Numbered from the stretch's first letter, positions 27,156 to 36,402 are shown. The stretch is 64,000 nucleotides of DNA from Ructibacterium sp. (GCA_045587405.1 JAZNCG010000029.1:677-64676), one strand, 5' to 3'. Made by a program: numbers and translations. Notes: generated by a model not told the origin, from the sequence alone.

Positions 27156-27773
27156 TTATTGGCTCGGCTTCTTGAATTTCTCCTGTAACTCCAAGTCGGA
27201 TTTCTGATTGTAGGTTATTCGCAGATTGACAACTGACGGAAGCTCCTTCGCCTTTGCTTCAGCTGCTTCAGCTTCAGCCTGCTTGTGACGGAGGATATTT
27301 TCACGCCATTCATCATCATGGTTGTAAAGCATTGTGGCAAGTGCCTGCATGTTCGGGGCAAGCTCCATCTCCTGAGTGGATATAAGCTCATCATCTGTCA
27401 ATGTGCCGTCCTGTAGCCGGATTCTCTGCTTTGTTGTGGTCTTTACAGTTCGCTGTCCCAGAGCCATCTGAAAGTAAGTGGAACGGGCCATCTGCATGAG
27501 GGTGCTTCGCCCGTGCGCTAAGGCTTGACATAACTGTTTGCTTCGGTCAGTCGGCTCTCCATTCTTTTTTTTCTCATTCTTGAATCGGCTAAAAGTCTCA
27601 GGCGTAAGACTTTCCCCATATTTTTTTTGCAATTCATAAGCAATCGAAGAATCTGAATATCCCATAGAAGCAAGCTCCTGAACGACTTGATAAAATTCAG
27701 GATTATCGTAATCAAATTTGGGCGGTCTGCCTACCTTTGACTGCTTTTTCTCTTTTTTTTGTTTGCTTCCCAT
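27156..27773 (-). CDS. terS: Terminase small subunit
   Basis: GRPPKFD N-terminus, HTH, immediately upstream of TerL. Confidence 0.7.
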   Translation of the reverse strand: MGSKQKKEKKQSKVGRPPKFDYDNPEFYQVVQELASMGYSDSSIAYELQKKYGESLTPETFSRFKNEKKKNGEPTDRSKQLCQALAHGRSTLMQMARSTYFQMALGQRTVKTTTKQRIRLQDGTLTDDELISTQEMELAPNMQALATMLYNHDDEWRENILRHKQAEAEAAEAKAKELPSVVNLRITYNQKSDLELQEKFKKPSQ

Positions 27774-27903
27774 AGAAATAAATCGGCATTACAGCCTATC
27801 TGACGAGTGATTTATATAAATATATAATTATATATATTATTTATGATAATAGACTTTGGGATATATAATATTCAACTCTTGTGTATGCGTGCGTGTGGGT
27901 CGC

Positions 27904-28650
27904 TTATTCGATGAGTTCGATTCGTTCCGCAAAGACATCTCCGTTTATGAACTTATCTGTCGGCTCATATCCAAACCTTGACATAAATTCCATCTTCGCT
28001 TCTCTTGAGGTAAATGACAGGGTTATGAAGCTGTCCGCTTCCGCTGCTTTCTCTTCGGCTTTCTCCCTTATCTGAGCCTTTGCCTGTTTCACGGCTTCTT
28101 TCTTCTGTTCGTTCAGTTCTTCCACAGGTCTCTGCATTTCCTCAATGTCCTGCTTCATCACATCCACCTTCGGGACATCTATCTTCACGCCAAAGACAGC
28201 AAGGTCAAGATTCGAGAAGCCGGCTCGCTTGGGGTCTATCTGATTCAGCAGCACCTTGACTTTTGGCTCGTTCCATTTTCCCTGAGCCGATGGGTTGTTC
28301 ATGAAGAAGTTGATTTCTATCTCCGTCTTCTGGTCAACATCTATAAGCTCGACCTTGACAGGGTAATCATTCTCAGGATAGTGCGCCATGTCATCGAGAA
28401 GGGCTATCTTCTGATGTCCTGACACGATTGTATATCCCGTCTGCTTGTTCACGATTATACCACCGAGAAGACCGAAATCTTTCAAGCCTCTCTTCAGGGT
28501 CTTTTTCGCATTTTCATCTATCTCACGGGGATTGTAGTCTGCCGGATGAATCTCTGAACGCATCAAGGTCACTGTCTCTGATGCTGTCAATATGAATTGC
28601 AGCCATTCAGGTATTCCACCTGCTTCAGCTGCCTGTGATTTCTTTGCCAT
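27904..28650 (-). CDS. ParB/Srx-like N-terminal domain protein
   Basis: HPADYNPR, IIVN..TG..IVSGHQ motifs. Confidence 0.85.
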   Translation of the reverse strand: MAKKSQAAEAGGIPEWLQFILTASETVTLMRSEIHPADYNPREIDENAKKTLKRGLKDFGLLGGIIVNKQTGYTIVSGHQKIALLDDMAHYPENDYPVKVELIDVDQKTEIEINFFMNNPSAQGKWNEPKVKVLLNQIDPKRAGFSNLDLAVFGVKIDVPKVDVMKQDIEEMQRPVEELNEQKKEAVKQAKAQIREKAEEKAAEADSFITLSFTSREAKMEFMSRFGYEPTDKFINGDVFAERIELIE

Positions 28651-28720
28651 ATATTTCTATTATTCTTGATTCTATGTTTAATCCTTAATAAACTCTGGAG
28701 ATATAATAATATATATTATA

Positions 28721-29410
28721 TTACTCTTCCCCTCGGTGTTCAGCTTTGTAGAGTATTATTTCAGCCTGTGGAAAGGCTTCGAGAATCTTCTTGAGGTCTT
28801 CCGGGTAATGCTGACGGAGGTACAGGAAACATTCTTCACTGAATGTCAGGCCCTGCGACTTCTGCCGTGTGGAGTACCGGACAGGCTCCGGCAATCTGTT
28901 CTGCTTCAGATACGCCAGCACCTCATTGTTGCCCCACCTTGACAACGGATATACATTCTTCGTCTTGGGGTGAATCGCCTGAAGCTCGTACTCTTTGCCC
29001 TTCAGCATTATGCCCCTGTTCATGTTGTCAGACTGCTTCATTCCGTACAGGCAGTAATCTATGCCGAACTTCAGACGGCAATTCTCTGCCACATCGCTGA
29101 ACTTCATCAGTTTCACATCCGGCTGGGGCTGACAGTACAGACCTGTTTTCAGGGTATAGGTGAGATTCCAATGTGGCACTTCATGAAACTCCACATTCGG
29201 ATATCTCAGCTTGGAATACTCTATGTACTTGTTGATGTGTTCCAGACCTTTCACAAAGTACATATACACACAAACCACTCTCCTGAAGTGCGGAGCAACA
29301 AGGTCGAGAAGAGCGATGCTGTCCTTGCCTGCACTATAGAAGAGAATGACTGAATCCGTCTTCTGACGGACCCAGTCAAGGACTGCTTGGGTATGTTCCC
29401 TGTTTGTCAT
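28721..29410 (-). CDS. PAPS-reductase-like (PP-loop) protein
   Basis: YSAGKDS PP-loop, GMKQSD..R and YPLSRW motifs. Confidence 0.85.
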   Translation of the reverse strand: MTNREHTQAVLDWVRQKTDSVILFYSAGKDSIALLDLVAPHFRRVVCVYMYFVKGLEHINKYIEYSKLRYPNVEFHEVPHWNLTYTLKTGLYCQPQPDVKLMKFSDVAENCRLKFGIDYCLYGMKQSDNMNRGIMLKGKEYELQAIHPKTKNVYPLSRWGNNEVLAYLKQNRLPEPVRYSTRQKSQGLTFSEECFLYLRQHYPEDLKKILEAFPQAEIILYKAEHRGEE

Positions 29411-29413
29411 GGC

Positions 29414-29572
29414 TTAACCTGCTGCCAAACCAAGACCACTACGGAGGTCACGATACACCGTTCTGCGAGATACATATCTTCCACCATGCGAGAGCGCACC
29501 GCCTGAAGATGTACTCAGTCCACGCCTACCACCTCGGTAGCCGGATGTCGAATAGGTACTTCTGTTTCCCAT
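29414..29572 (-). CDS. 52-aa Gly/Arg/Ser-rich basic peptide
   Basis: Manual translation MGNRSTYSTSGYRGGRRGLSTSSGGALSHGGRYVSRRTVYRDLRSGLGLAAG; fills the gap between operon genes. Confidence 0.7.
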   Translation of the reverse strand: MGNRSTYSTSGYRGGRRGLSTSSGGALSHGGRYVSRRTVYRDLRSGLGLAAG

Positions 29573-29592
29573 AACGCACTGAATTAAAAAGG

Positions 29593-30000
29593 TTAAACAT
29601 TGGAATCTATGATTGCACCCAGCTTGTAGTCAATCTGAGCGGAAACATATTCTTTGCCCTTGTACTTGTACACCCTTGCATAGGTGTTCCCCTTGTCGTC
29701 CTCTTCTGTGAGGATGAAGATTTCAGCCTCCTTGACAGCCACGACAACCTCCGGGCTGCCGGACTTATCTGCCGTCTTCAGACGGAGTGCATCATATTTG
29801 AGAGGTCTGACATCTATCTCAACCTCATCAGGAACTTCATCATAGGTCTTGTACACCTTTGAAGGGTCGGATTTGTCGAAATACTCGATGTACTTCTGAG
29901 ATGTCTGTGGGCGGATTTCTCTTGTAATGGTGGTCTTCTCGCCCGATACCACCTCGGCAAGCTGCTCTGGCTTCACCGTCAAAGTCAAAATTTCTTTCAT
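29593..30000 (-). CDS. ASCH-domain protein
   Basis: LTLTV...SGEKTTITREIRP motif. Confidence 0.7.
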   Translation of the reverse strand: MKEILTLTVKPEQLAEVVSGEKTTITREIRPQTSQKYIEYFDKSDPSKVYKTYDEVPDEVEIDVRPLKYDALRLKTADKSGSPEVVVAVKEAEIFILTEEDDKGNTYARVYKYKGKEYVSAQIDYKLGAIIDSNV

Positions 30001-30027
30001 TTCTTTTGCTGTTTATGGTGTAAGTTG

Positions 30028-30101
30028 TTGCAGGGGCAGGCATCGAACCTGCGACCTCAGCCAAAGCCACGGCTGCGAGCTGCCAACTGCTCTACCCTGC
30101 G
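30028..30101 (-). ncRNA. Initiator-tRNA-like element with aberrant anticodon loop
   Basis: Cloverleaf: CGCAGGG acceptor with C1:A72, D-arm GAGC/GCTC, stem CAGCC/GGCTG around 8-nt GTGGCTTT, T-arm GCAGG-TTCGATG-CCTGC. Confidence 0.7.
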
Positions 30102-30110
30102 GTGTAGGTG

Positions 30111-30118
30111 CAAAAGTA
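30111..30118 (-). promoter_or_regulatory. -7 box of the putative late-operon promoter
   Basis: TACTTTTG fits TAnnTTTG, about 10 nt before the tRNA-like element. Confidence 0.6.
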
Positions 30119-30280
30119 TCGACAAAGGGCAGGGCTTCAGGTCTTTGACCTGACCTTATTCGTGAATAACGCCCGTATATTCACCGATTAAAGCCGAACA
30201 GGGGCAAGACAAAAAGAAGATAGGGCAAAGCCTGTAAGACCTTGCCCCGCCCGAATGGGTGCGCCCGATTGGGCTGTGTG

Positions 30281-30796
30281 TCAGATGAAATTCAGATTTG
30301 AGTAGAAGCAATCGCTATAGCGAACATAATTGCCGAACATCTTTATATTACCCTTGTCTGTTATAAATGCGAATCGTGACCCACCGATAACGCCCGAAAC
30401 TGCCTTTTTGAATTTGCCCGAATTGATACCGCTGCACTCTATCTCAGGCAGAAGAACATTTCTGAAAGCCGTTTCGCTGTCTGTCATGTCACCGTCAGGC
30501 ACAAGCGACAAAACGCCATTATGAGCGAAAGAAACGCCCGTGTTTTCATCTCTGAACGGGTGACAGTTCGCAAGCCTTATGCTGCCATGCGTGGCAAATC
30601 TGAAATGAATCACTGCCGGCACCTCTGATTTTGCCACACTTTGAAGCTCTTTATAAAACCGCTTAAAGCTCATTGACTTGAAGACCTTGCCAGGCACTGC
30701 GAAGCCGAAGCCGTCTGGGTTTCTCTTTGCACATCTTGAAATGATTTCGTAAGGGGGCAACTGTGCCCCCTGTGGCTTTACTATGATTATACACAT
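30281..30796 (-). CDS. Class II glutamine amidotransferase
   Basis: N-terminal Cys (MC), NPDGFG, HFRFATHG, HPF, AHNG, TDSE motifs. Confidence 0.92.
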   Translation of the reverse strand: MCIIIVKPQGAQLPPYEIISRCAKRNPDGFGFAVPGKVFKSMSFKRFYKELQSVAKSEVPAVIHFRFATHGSIRLANCHPFRDENTGVSFAHNGVLSLVPDGDMTDSETAFRNVLLPEIECSGINSGKFKKAVSGVIGGSRFAFITDKGNIKMFGNYVRYSDCFYSNLNFI

Positions 30797-30816
30797 AACT
30801 GATATATATTTAATTA

Positions 30817-31737
30817 TTAAAACACCTCAAAGACCTCTTTTCTACCCTTGTAGAATGATTTCAGACGGTTTGTCAAAAAAGGCAATTCGTCTATTGTCGT
30901 TGCTGTCAAAGGCTCTTCACTGCTCAGGCTGTACTGTAAGAAGCAACTCAGAAACTCAACCCAATTTCTAATTTTCTCGAAATTTGTCGTACCGTTGTGC
31001 TGTCTGAACTCTATCGTTTTATGAGTGTTGTACGCCATTGCATTGACCTTGAAATATCTGTCATTATCAAAGCCATAGAGCTGTATCTCTCGAATCGTAT
31101 CACAGTCGCCCCCTCTCAGCCTTTCTGCGACCTGTGCCATGCCTTTGCAGTATGTGTTATTTCGCCTGCTGTTTGGCATGAAGCTGTCGATTATTGGCTC
31201 TATAGCTGCATAGTTCATGATAATGCGCTGATACTGCTTTACAGTGAACTTTGAAGCCCCGAAATGAACATGAAGACCGCAAGACCTGTTAACCTGTGCC
31301 CCTGCTTCATTTATAACCTCGCAAACAGTCTTCAGGCTGTCAAGGTTTCGCAAGATTGGCGAAACTACCTCACAGCTGTTCGAGCCTGTAATCGAGCTGT
31401 CTGAACCGAGTTTGTAAGATGTCTTGCTGTCGTGATGATTGTAGCCTGATATATGAGCCTGAAGACCTCTTCTTTCAATCGCTGCCCTGACCGCCTCTCT
31501 GTCGATGTTGAAACATTCGATTTCAACGCCTATAGTAAAACGCCTTGCCCCTCTTGGGGTTGCAGATGTTAAGGCTGCCCCCCCCTGTGACATGAGCTGC
31601 ACACCTCTAACCTGATTGTAGAAAGTGTTAGCTTCATAGACTGTACATTTCAATTCGTTGCAAAGCCTGTGAATCTTGCTTGCCTTTGTACCTCTGTCAA
31701 GAACTATCGCCTTAACCTCGTCAAAAAATGTAGCCAT
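30817..31737 (-). CDS. Amidoligase (COOH-NH2 ligase, Amidoligase_2 family)
   Basis: GVEIEC, D.SI, EVVSP, SCGLHVH, TIEFRQH motifs. Confidence 0.9.
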   Translation of the reverse strand: MATFFDEVKAIVLDRGTKASKIHRLCNELKCTVYEANTFYNQVRGVQLMSQGGAALTSATPRGARRFTIGVEIECFNIDREAVRAAIERRGLQAHISGYNHHDSKTSYKLGSDSSITGSNSCEVVSPILRNLDSLKTVCEVINEAGAQVNRSCGLHVHFGASKFTVKQYQRIIMNYAAIEPIIDSFMPNSRRNNTYCKGMAQVAERLRGGDCDTIREIQLYGFDNDRYFKVNAMAYNTHKTIEFRQHNGTTNFEKIRNWVEFLSCFLQYSLSSEEPLTATTIDELPFLTNRLKSFYKGRKEVFEVF

Positions 31738-31750
31738 ATCTTTGTTTTGT

Positions 31751-32068
31751 TTAGTTGTTAAACTCTCTGCAATTCGCTATTGTCTGAGGCTTGAAATACA
31801 TGTCTCTTTCAACTTTGAGACAGCCCCAAACTCTAAGGCTTTCAAGCTGTGAAAGGGTGAAATAGCCATATTCTTTTTCACCTGCATTGTCAATCACCCC
31901 AAAAAATTCATAGTCGTTTGTGCCTATCTTGTTAGCTTCAAGCACATACCATGTGTAATTTGCAAGAAAGAACTTGCAGATGATTGTAGCTTCTTTCTTT
32001 TTGCCATCTTGTGAATAGATAGGGTACTTTGCTAATCTGTTAGCGATTTCTTTTGTAATGAGTTTCAT
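31751..32068 (-). CDS. DUF2958-like protein
   Basis: KFF..TWYVLE, EYGYFTLSQLE, VERDMYF motifs. Confidence 0.75.
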   Translation of the reverse strand: MKLITKEIANRLAKYPIYSQDGKKKEATIICKFFLANYTWYVLEANKIGTNDYEFFGVIDNAGEKEYGYFTLSQLESLRVWGCLKVERDMYFKPQTIANCREFNN

Positions 32069-32115
32069 AATGCTGTACTTTATTATTATTTATATATATC
32101 TTCATTTTGTTTCTG

Positions 32116-32223
32116 CAAATGTAGATATAAATAAATTAACATGCAAGTATTTTTCAAAAATAATTTATACAAATCTTAATTTTATAGAAAAATTTGCATT
32201 TATAAATAAAGTGCGTATATTTG
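32116..32223. promoter_or_regulatory. Divergent promoters (amidoligase operon / HTH gene)
   Basis: Minus-strand TACATTTG at 32116-32123; plus-strand TTTG 32193-32196, 19 nt, TATATTTG 32216-32223. Confidence 0.7.
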
Positions 32224-32249
32224 CACAACTTTTATAATAATTTAGATTT

Positions 32250-32534
32250 ATGAACATTTTAGAGACAGTAAAACAGATTTGCAGGGTCAGGGGCATGTCT
32301 CTTGCTGATGTCGCCTTGAAAATGGGTGTACCTGCTTCTTCTTTATCTCAGATATTGAGAGGCAACCCCACACTTTCAAAACTCAACGACATAGCCAACG
32401 CCCTAAATGTGCCGGTAGCTGAACTGCTCGCAGAAGGCAGCACCAGAGCGCAGGTAGAGTGTCCGCACTGTGGCAAGACATTCCCACTCGACATCAAGGC
32501 AGCCAAGGAGGTGCCGGCAGATGGAGAAGCCTAA
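32250..32534 (+). CDS. XRE-family HTH regulator with C-terminal CPHCG zinc knuckle
   Basis: GNPTLSKL..IANALNV and CPHCGK motifs. Confidence 0.88.
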   Translation: MNILETVKQICRVRGMSLADVALKMGVPASSLSQILRGNPTLSKLNDIANALNVPVAELLAEGSTRAQVECPHCGKTFPLDIKAAKEVPADGEA

Positions 32535-32946
32535 CAGACAAAACACTCTGTATCTCCCAATCAAGCAGGTCTTCTTTGATGAGATTGTAGCTGGTACCAA
32601 GAAAGTGGAATACCGGGAAATCAAAGAGGGTGTGACAGCGAACAAATACCTGATTAAGGATGATATGACCGGGTATAAGCTCAACCCTGAAAATGTCGAT
32701 GACCCTGAAGGTACCTATTTCATTGACGACTACAACGACGGCAAGTTCCCTTTCCTGCCGAGACAGTACAAATACCTGAACTTGGCTGTAGGCTATGCCA
32801 AAGAGAGAGACACGGCCATCGTAGAAGTGACGGGCTTTTCATTCACGCCCCACATGATAAGAAACGACAAACATGGCAATCCGTGCTATGCGTTCTGGAC
32901 CATCAACATTCATCTGGGGCAGGTCGTCACAGTTCACCGCAAGTAA
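32521..32946 (+). CDS. ASCH-domain protein
   Basis: LYLPIKQVFFDEIVAGTKKVEYREIK; start set at MEKPN. Confidence 0.8.
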   Translation: MEKPNRQNTLYLPIKQVFFDEIVAGTKKVEYREIKEGVTANKYLIKDDMTGYKLNPENVDDPEGTYFIDDYNDGKFPFLPRQYKYLNLAVGYAKERDTAIVEVTGFSFTPHMIRNDKHGNPCYAFWTINIHLGQVVTVHRK

Positions 32947-32955
32947 GACAGACAC

Positions 32956-32998
32956 AGAAAAAAGCCGAGCAGCATCAGAGCTGTTCGGCTTCTTTCAT
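32956..32998. terminator. Bidirectional intrinsic terminator
   Basis: AAGCCGAGCAGC / GCTGTTCGGCTT stem with A/T flanks, between convergent genes. Confidence 0.7.
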
Positions 32999-33011
32999 CA
33001 TGTCGCGCCTG

Positions 33012-33440
33012 TTACAGGTCAGAGAGATATGCGTCTATCTTCTCAAGGGCAAGATTGCACTCGTTTCTGAACTCAGGATATGTCTCATACCAAGACACGG
33101 AGGTAGAACGCATCTTGTACAGGGCGGTACTCGCACTTATTCCGAGAGCTGTGGCGATGGAGCTGCGAAGTTCCTTGTTGATTCTACCTCCAAGAAGAGA
33201 AGCTGGAGAGTACAGATACAACACTATGAACAGGAACTGCTTGTTATTGCTGGTACCGTCAGCCTTGAAGCCGGATTCAGCAGCGATTTCAACATATCTG
33301 TCGTGAATAGCCACAATGAGCGACAGGTCTTTCATCTTTGGAGCAAAGACCTGTGCGAACTGCACATTTGCTTCAGCTGCCCTGATACAGGCATCTTTCA
33401 ATTCCTTGACGGTGTTGATAAATGGCACTAACTTGTTCAT
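33012..33440 (-). CDS. Hypothetical phage protein (possible late transcription regulator)
   Basis: Last gene of the early/middle operon; helical. Confidence 0.55.
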   Translation of the reverse strand: MNKLVPFINTVKELKDACIRAAEANVQFAQVFAPKMKDLSLIVAIHDRYVEIAAESGFKADGTSNNKQFLFIVLYLYSPASLLGGRINKELRSSIATALGISASTALYKMRSTSVSWYETYPEFRNECNLALEKIDAYLSDL

Positions 33441-33451
33441 ATCTTCAGGAT

Positions 33452-33976
33452 TTATCTTCGTTTATTGATTCTTGTCGGTATCTTCGCATGGTCCCATGCC
33501 AGCAGAGCAGCATCCCTCTTTTCCTGATTGGTCTGTTTCGTCCAGCCCGTCAGCTCGACAAACTCTTCATGAGTTATCTTCCCGTCCTTGCCTTTCCACA
33601 GATTGAAGCCGTGAAACTGAAGCGACAGAGGTCTCTTCTCAACGACCTCGATTCCCCAATGACGGCACATTTCAATAATCTTCTTTCCGGTCTCATGATT
33701 AGCCCCCACATCCTTTGCTATCTTCTCCCCTCGATTGCCATAATATCCGTGATAGTTGCTCTTGAGATTCAGCCATCCGGCTTCCACCACAACACACAGA
33801 GATTTCTTCGCAACCCTTTCCGCATAGTCTCGATGGTACATCAGGAACTCCAGCAGTTCAGGGAAAGTCAATGTCTGAAGAGACATGAACTTGAGCAGTG
33901 TCGTATCAAGAAGTGCGACACCGCTCTTTTCCCTGTCAGGGTCAATGCCGATAATGATGTCAGCTCTGTTCTTCAT
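33452..33976 (-). CDS. RuvC-like Holliday junction resolvase
   Basis: IIGIDPD..KSGVA, VVEAGW and RDAALLA RNase H-fold motifs. Confidence 0.72.
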   Translation of the reverse strand: MKNRADIIIGIDPDREKSGVALLDTTLLKFMSLQTLTFPELLEFLMYHRDYAERVAKKSLCVVVEAGWLNLKSNYHGYYGNRGEKIAKDVGANHETGKKIIEMCRHWGIEVVEKRPLSLQFHGFNLWKGKDGKITHEEFVELTGWTKQTNQEKRDAALLAWDHAKIPTRINKRR

Positions 33977-34330
33977 CGCTTTCGCCCCTGATTGATGTGT
34001 AGATTCCAATGCACAACCACTCAAATTCAAGCTCACGGCTGTGCATGTTGATGTTGATAGACGGAATCAGGCTCCAGAACTTGAAGTCTATATCCACATT
34101 GGTAGTAATTGTTAATCTCTTTCTATTCATAGCAGTTTTAATTATGGCGAAATCGCCTGTTTAACATCAGAACAATGTCGGGTTACATTCCCCGGCAGAA
34201 TACCGGGCAAGCATGGTGTCTAACTCCTGTTCAAGAGCCTTTGCCTGCTTCAGGGCTTCCTTTGACCTCGTCTTGAAATACAACCGCTGAGCATCACGCA
34301 CCTGCATAGCCTTTTTGATTATTGCATCTT

Positions 34331-35200
34331 TCATAATTCAATTCCAAAATAATTCTCAAGATATTTCTTGGTATCTAAATCGTTAAAGAACATACCCCCC
34401 CCCATTTTTATTTTATAATCCTCATAGCTGTCACAGAACAGATTGTGAAAAACAATGTTATAAGCATTGCCAAATTTCTTGTGTGATTCAGCATTGGGAT
34501 GAGTATCTAACCATTTCTGAGCTGACTTAATCAGCCTCTTCAGCAGCTTCGGGTACTTCAGATAATCTTTCACTCCATTATCAGACTGCAAAGGACAGCC
34601 GAGACAGCCCAAACGCCTTTCTACATGGAAGTTTCCCTGTTCATCATAATACAGAGGGTGACAGGTGATTCCCCGTTCCTTGACAAACCTCTCCACATCA
34701 CTGTCCGTCCAATCCAAAATAGGAAGATAGAGCTTGACCCTTTCACTCTTCGAGTACACCCTGCAAATCTCCGGCTCGCTATATCGTTTCGCTCTCTTGG
34801 TACTTTCCGACCTCCGGATTCCTTGTACAGCTCTGTCAAGCACCTTGTATTCCTTGAGGTGAGAGCAGCATGTCCTCGCTCTGCGTGTCGGACAGCCTGA
34901 CATTTCCACGACTTCAAAGAACTTCATTTTTGGTGGCAAGATTTCAACTCCCTTGCTTCTGACATGGCGAATTGTACCCGGTGGGTCAATAGTGGTATTC
35001 TTGTAGATTGCCCGGAATGGAATACCGGCCATCTTTGCCAGCTCAAGAATGACATCAGAATCCTTTCCACCCGAATATGATATTTCTATCGGACCATCTT
35101 GAGGAATGTTTTTAAGCAGCCGGATTGCCCGTGCTTTCTTTTTCTCATATTTGGCAAGTTCATCTTCCTCGACTTGCATGAAATCGTCTGTTTCTTTCAT
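34331..35200 (-). CDS. PAPS-reductase family protein with Fe-S cysteines
   Basis: SGGKDS, TCC..LKE, GIRRSES..R, RLGCLGCP motifs. Confidence 0.88.
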   Translation of the reverse strand: MKETDDFMQVEEDELAKYEKKKARAIRLLKNIPQDGPIEISYSGGKDSDVILELAKMAGIPFRAIYKNTTIDPPGTIRHVRSKGVEILPPKMKFFEVVEMSGCPTRRARTCCSHLKEYKVLDRAVQGIRRSESTKRAKRYSEPEICRVYSKSERVKLYLPILDWTDSDVERFVKERGITCHPLYYDEQGNFHVERRLGCLGCPLQSDNGVKDYLKYPKLLKRLIKSAQKWLDTHPNAESHKKFGNAYNIVFHNLFCDSYEDYKIKMGGGMFFNDLDTKKYLENYFGIEL

Positions 35201-35289
35201 TTTCTTGACCTCCTTTTCCTTGGTTTACGCATCTGAGCAGTTAATCTCCGAGCCTCCGGGAATATAGTGACCGCAGTCCATACATCGTT

Positions 35290-35595
35290 TTATTTCTTGC
35301 ATAGTATCTCTCCTTCTCGTTTTAATTGCACACACGCCAGATACAGGGCATCTATCAGTTCTTTAGAACGCCATTTCCTCGATTCTCCCGACTTGAAAGC
35401 ACTGTATATGACGACCCATTCAATAAGTTCAGTTCTAATGACAGGACATATCAGGAAGTCTATCAAGTCGCCTATGGAGTAGTCGCCCGGATATGCTATC
35501 CATGCTCCACCATTCGGGATATACACATCGGCAGGCTCCGGAAAGCCCAGCCTCTTGAGATGTGCAGTCTGATTATGGTCTGTAAATTTCTTCAT
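35290..35595 (-). CDS. Hypothetical protein
   Basis: MKKFTDHNQ ORF overlapping the upstream gene's stop. Confidence 0.55.
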   Translation of the reverse strand: MKKFTDHNQTAHLKRLGFPEPADVYIPNGGAWIAYPGDYSIGDLIDFLICPVIRTELIEWVVIYSAFKSGESRKWRSKELIDALYLACVQLKREGEILCKK

Positions 35596-35956
35596 CTTTG
35601 TTTCTCTCATAATGTTCACATCCCTCGGACACTCTCGGCATGGCAACCCATCCATCATTACACAAGGCATCCTGCCAACCCTCCCACATGTGCTTACTAT
35701 TGTAAAGCAGTTCACCTGAATGTCCGCATTTATGTTTATCAAAATACTTTTCTGCATCGGCTGAATATGGGTATTCACCACATACGACAGCTTTATGCTG
35801 TTCGATTTCATCCTGATAGTGACGGCACGAATAGCACAGACAGATGTTGCAAGGATTCTTCTTGCAGCTCTTTTCATGAGCTATCATAGCTGGCTTCGTT
35901 TTGCTGACCTTTCCGCAGAACTCACATTCAAATGTTGGTTTATCGTAAATTTTCAT
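35573..35956 (-). CDS. Cys-rich zinc-finger-like hypothetical protein
   Basis: CEFCGK...HEKSC and further Cys pairs. Confidence 0.65.
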   Translation of the reverse strand: MKIYDKPTFECEFCGKVSKTKPAMIAHEKSCKKNPCNICLCYSCRHYQDEIEQHKAVVCGEYPYSADAEKYFDKHKCGHSGELLYNSKHMWEGWQDALCNDGWVAMPRVSEGCEHYERNKDEEIYRP

Positions 35957-36402
35957 CTTCTACCTTTTTGAAAGTTCGCTTGATTCCCCTTTTCGCCCAA
36001 GAGTGACACTCCAGCTGTATCTTCGTGCCATCGCATAGAGGATATTGACCTGCACTTTTCGGAGGGCGTGCCCTGAAGATATCGCAATCCCTACAGCTCC
36101 AATCTTCAGGGTTTTCTTCACGCACCTCTTCATATTTGATTCCGTTGAGTTCAATCATCGCTGTGGTACTTGCTGACTTCATGGCCATAGTTGAATTCCG
36201 TGTTTTCCGAATCAAGCTCTACCCGGTATTTGCGAAGCTGCTCCCATTGAGTTTGAAGCCATGTAGGGTCAAATAGAGGTTCATCATCTTCAAAGTAAAG
36301 CCACAGAGGGTTACTGAATGCTTCTTTGATTTTGGATTGTACCACCGAAAGAAAGACCAGAAGAGCAAGCAGTAGAATTATTATCATTGCTATCACTATC
36401 AT
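35940..36402 (-). CDS. Two small overlapping hypothetical ORFs (35940-36215 Cys-containing; 36151-36402 with N-terminal TM)
   Basis: ORF track and operon packing. Confidence 0.45.

Noticed and set aside
27800-27880. Very AT-rich tract before terS as a pac site
   Set aside because: Plausible, but indistinguishable from a promoter or translation-initiation region without virion-end data
30028-30101. Ordinary decoding tRNA-Met
   Set aside because: 8-nt loop without CAT and no CCA; reported as tRNA-like only
31578-31585. G8 tract in the amidoligase as a phase-variation switch
   Set aside because: The gene is in frame; the tract is explained by Gly-Gly codons in a region avoiding GGA; no evidence of variation
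34395-34403. G9 tract in the PAPS-reductase-like gene
   Set aside because: In frame and about 20 codons from the stop, so slippage would have little effect
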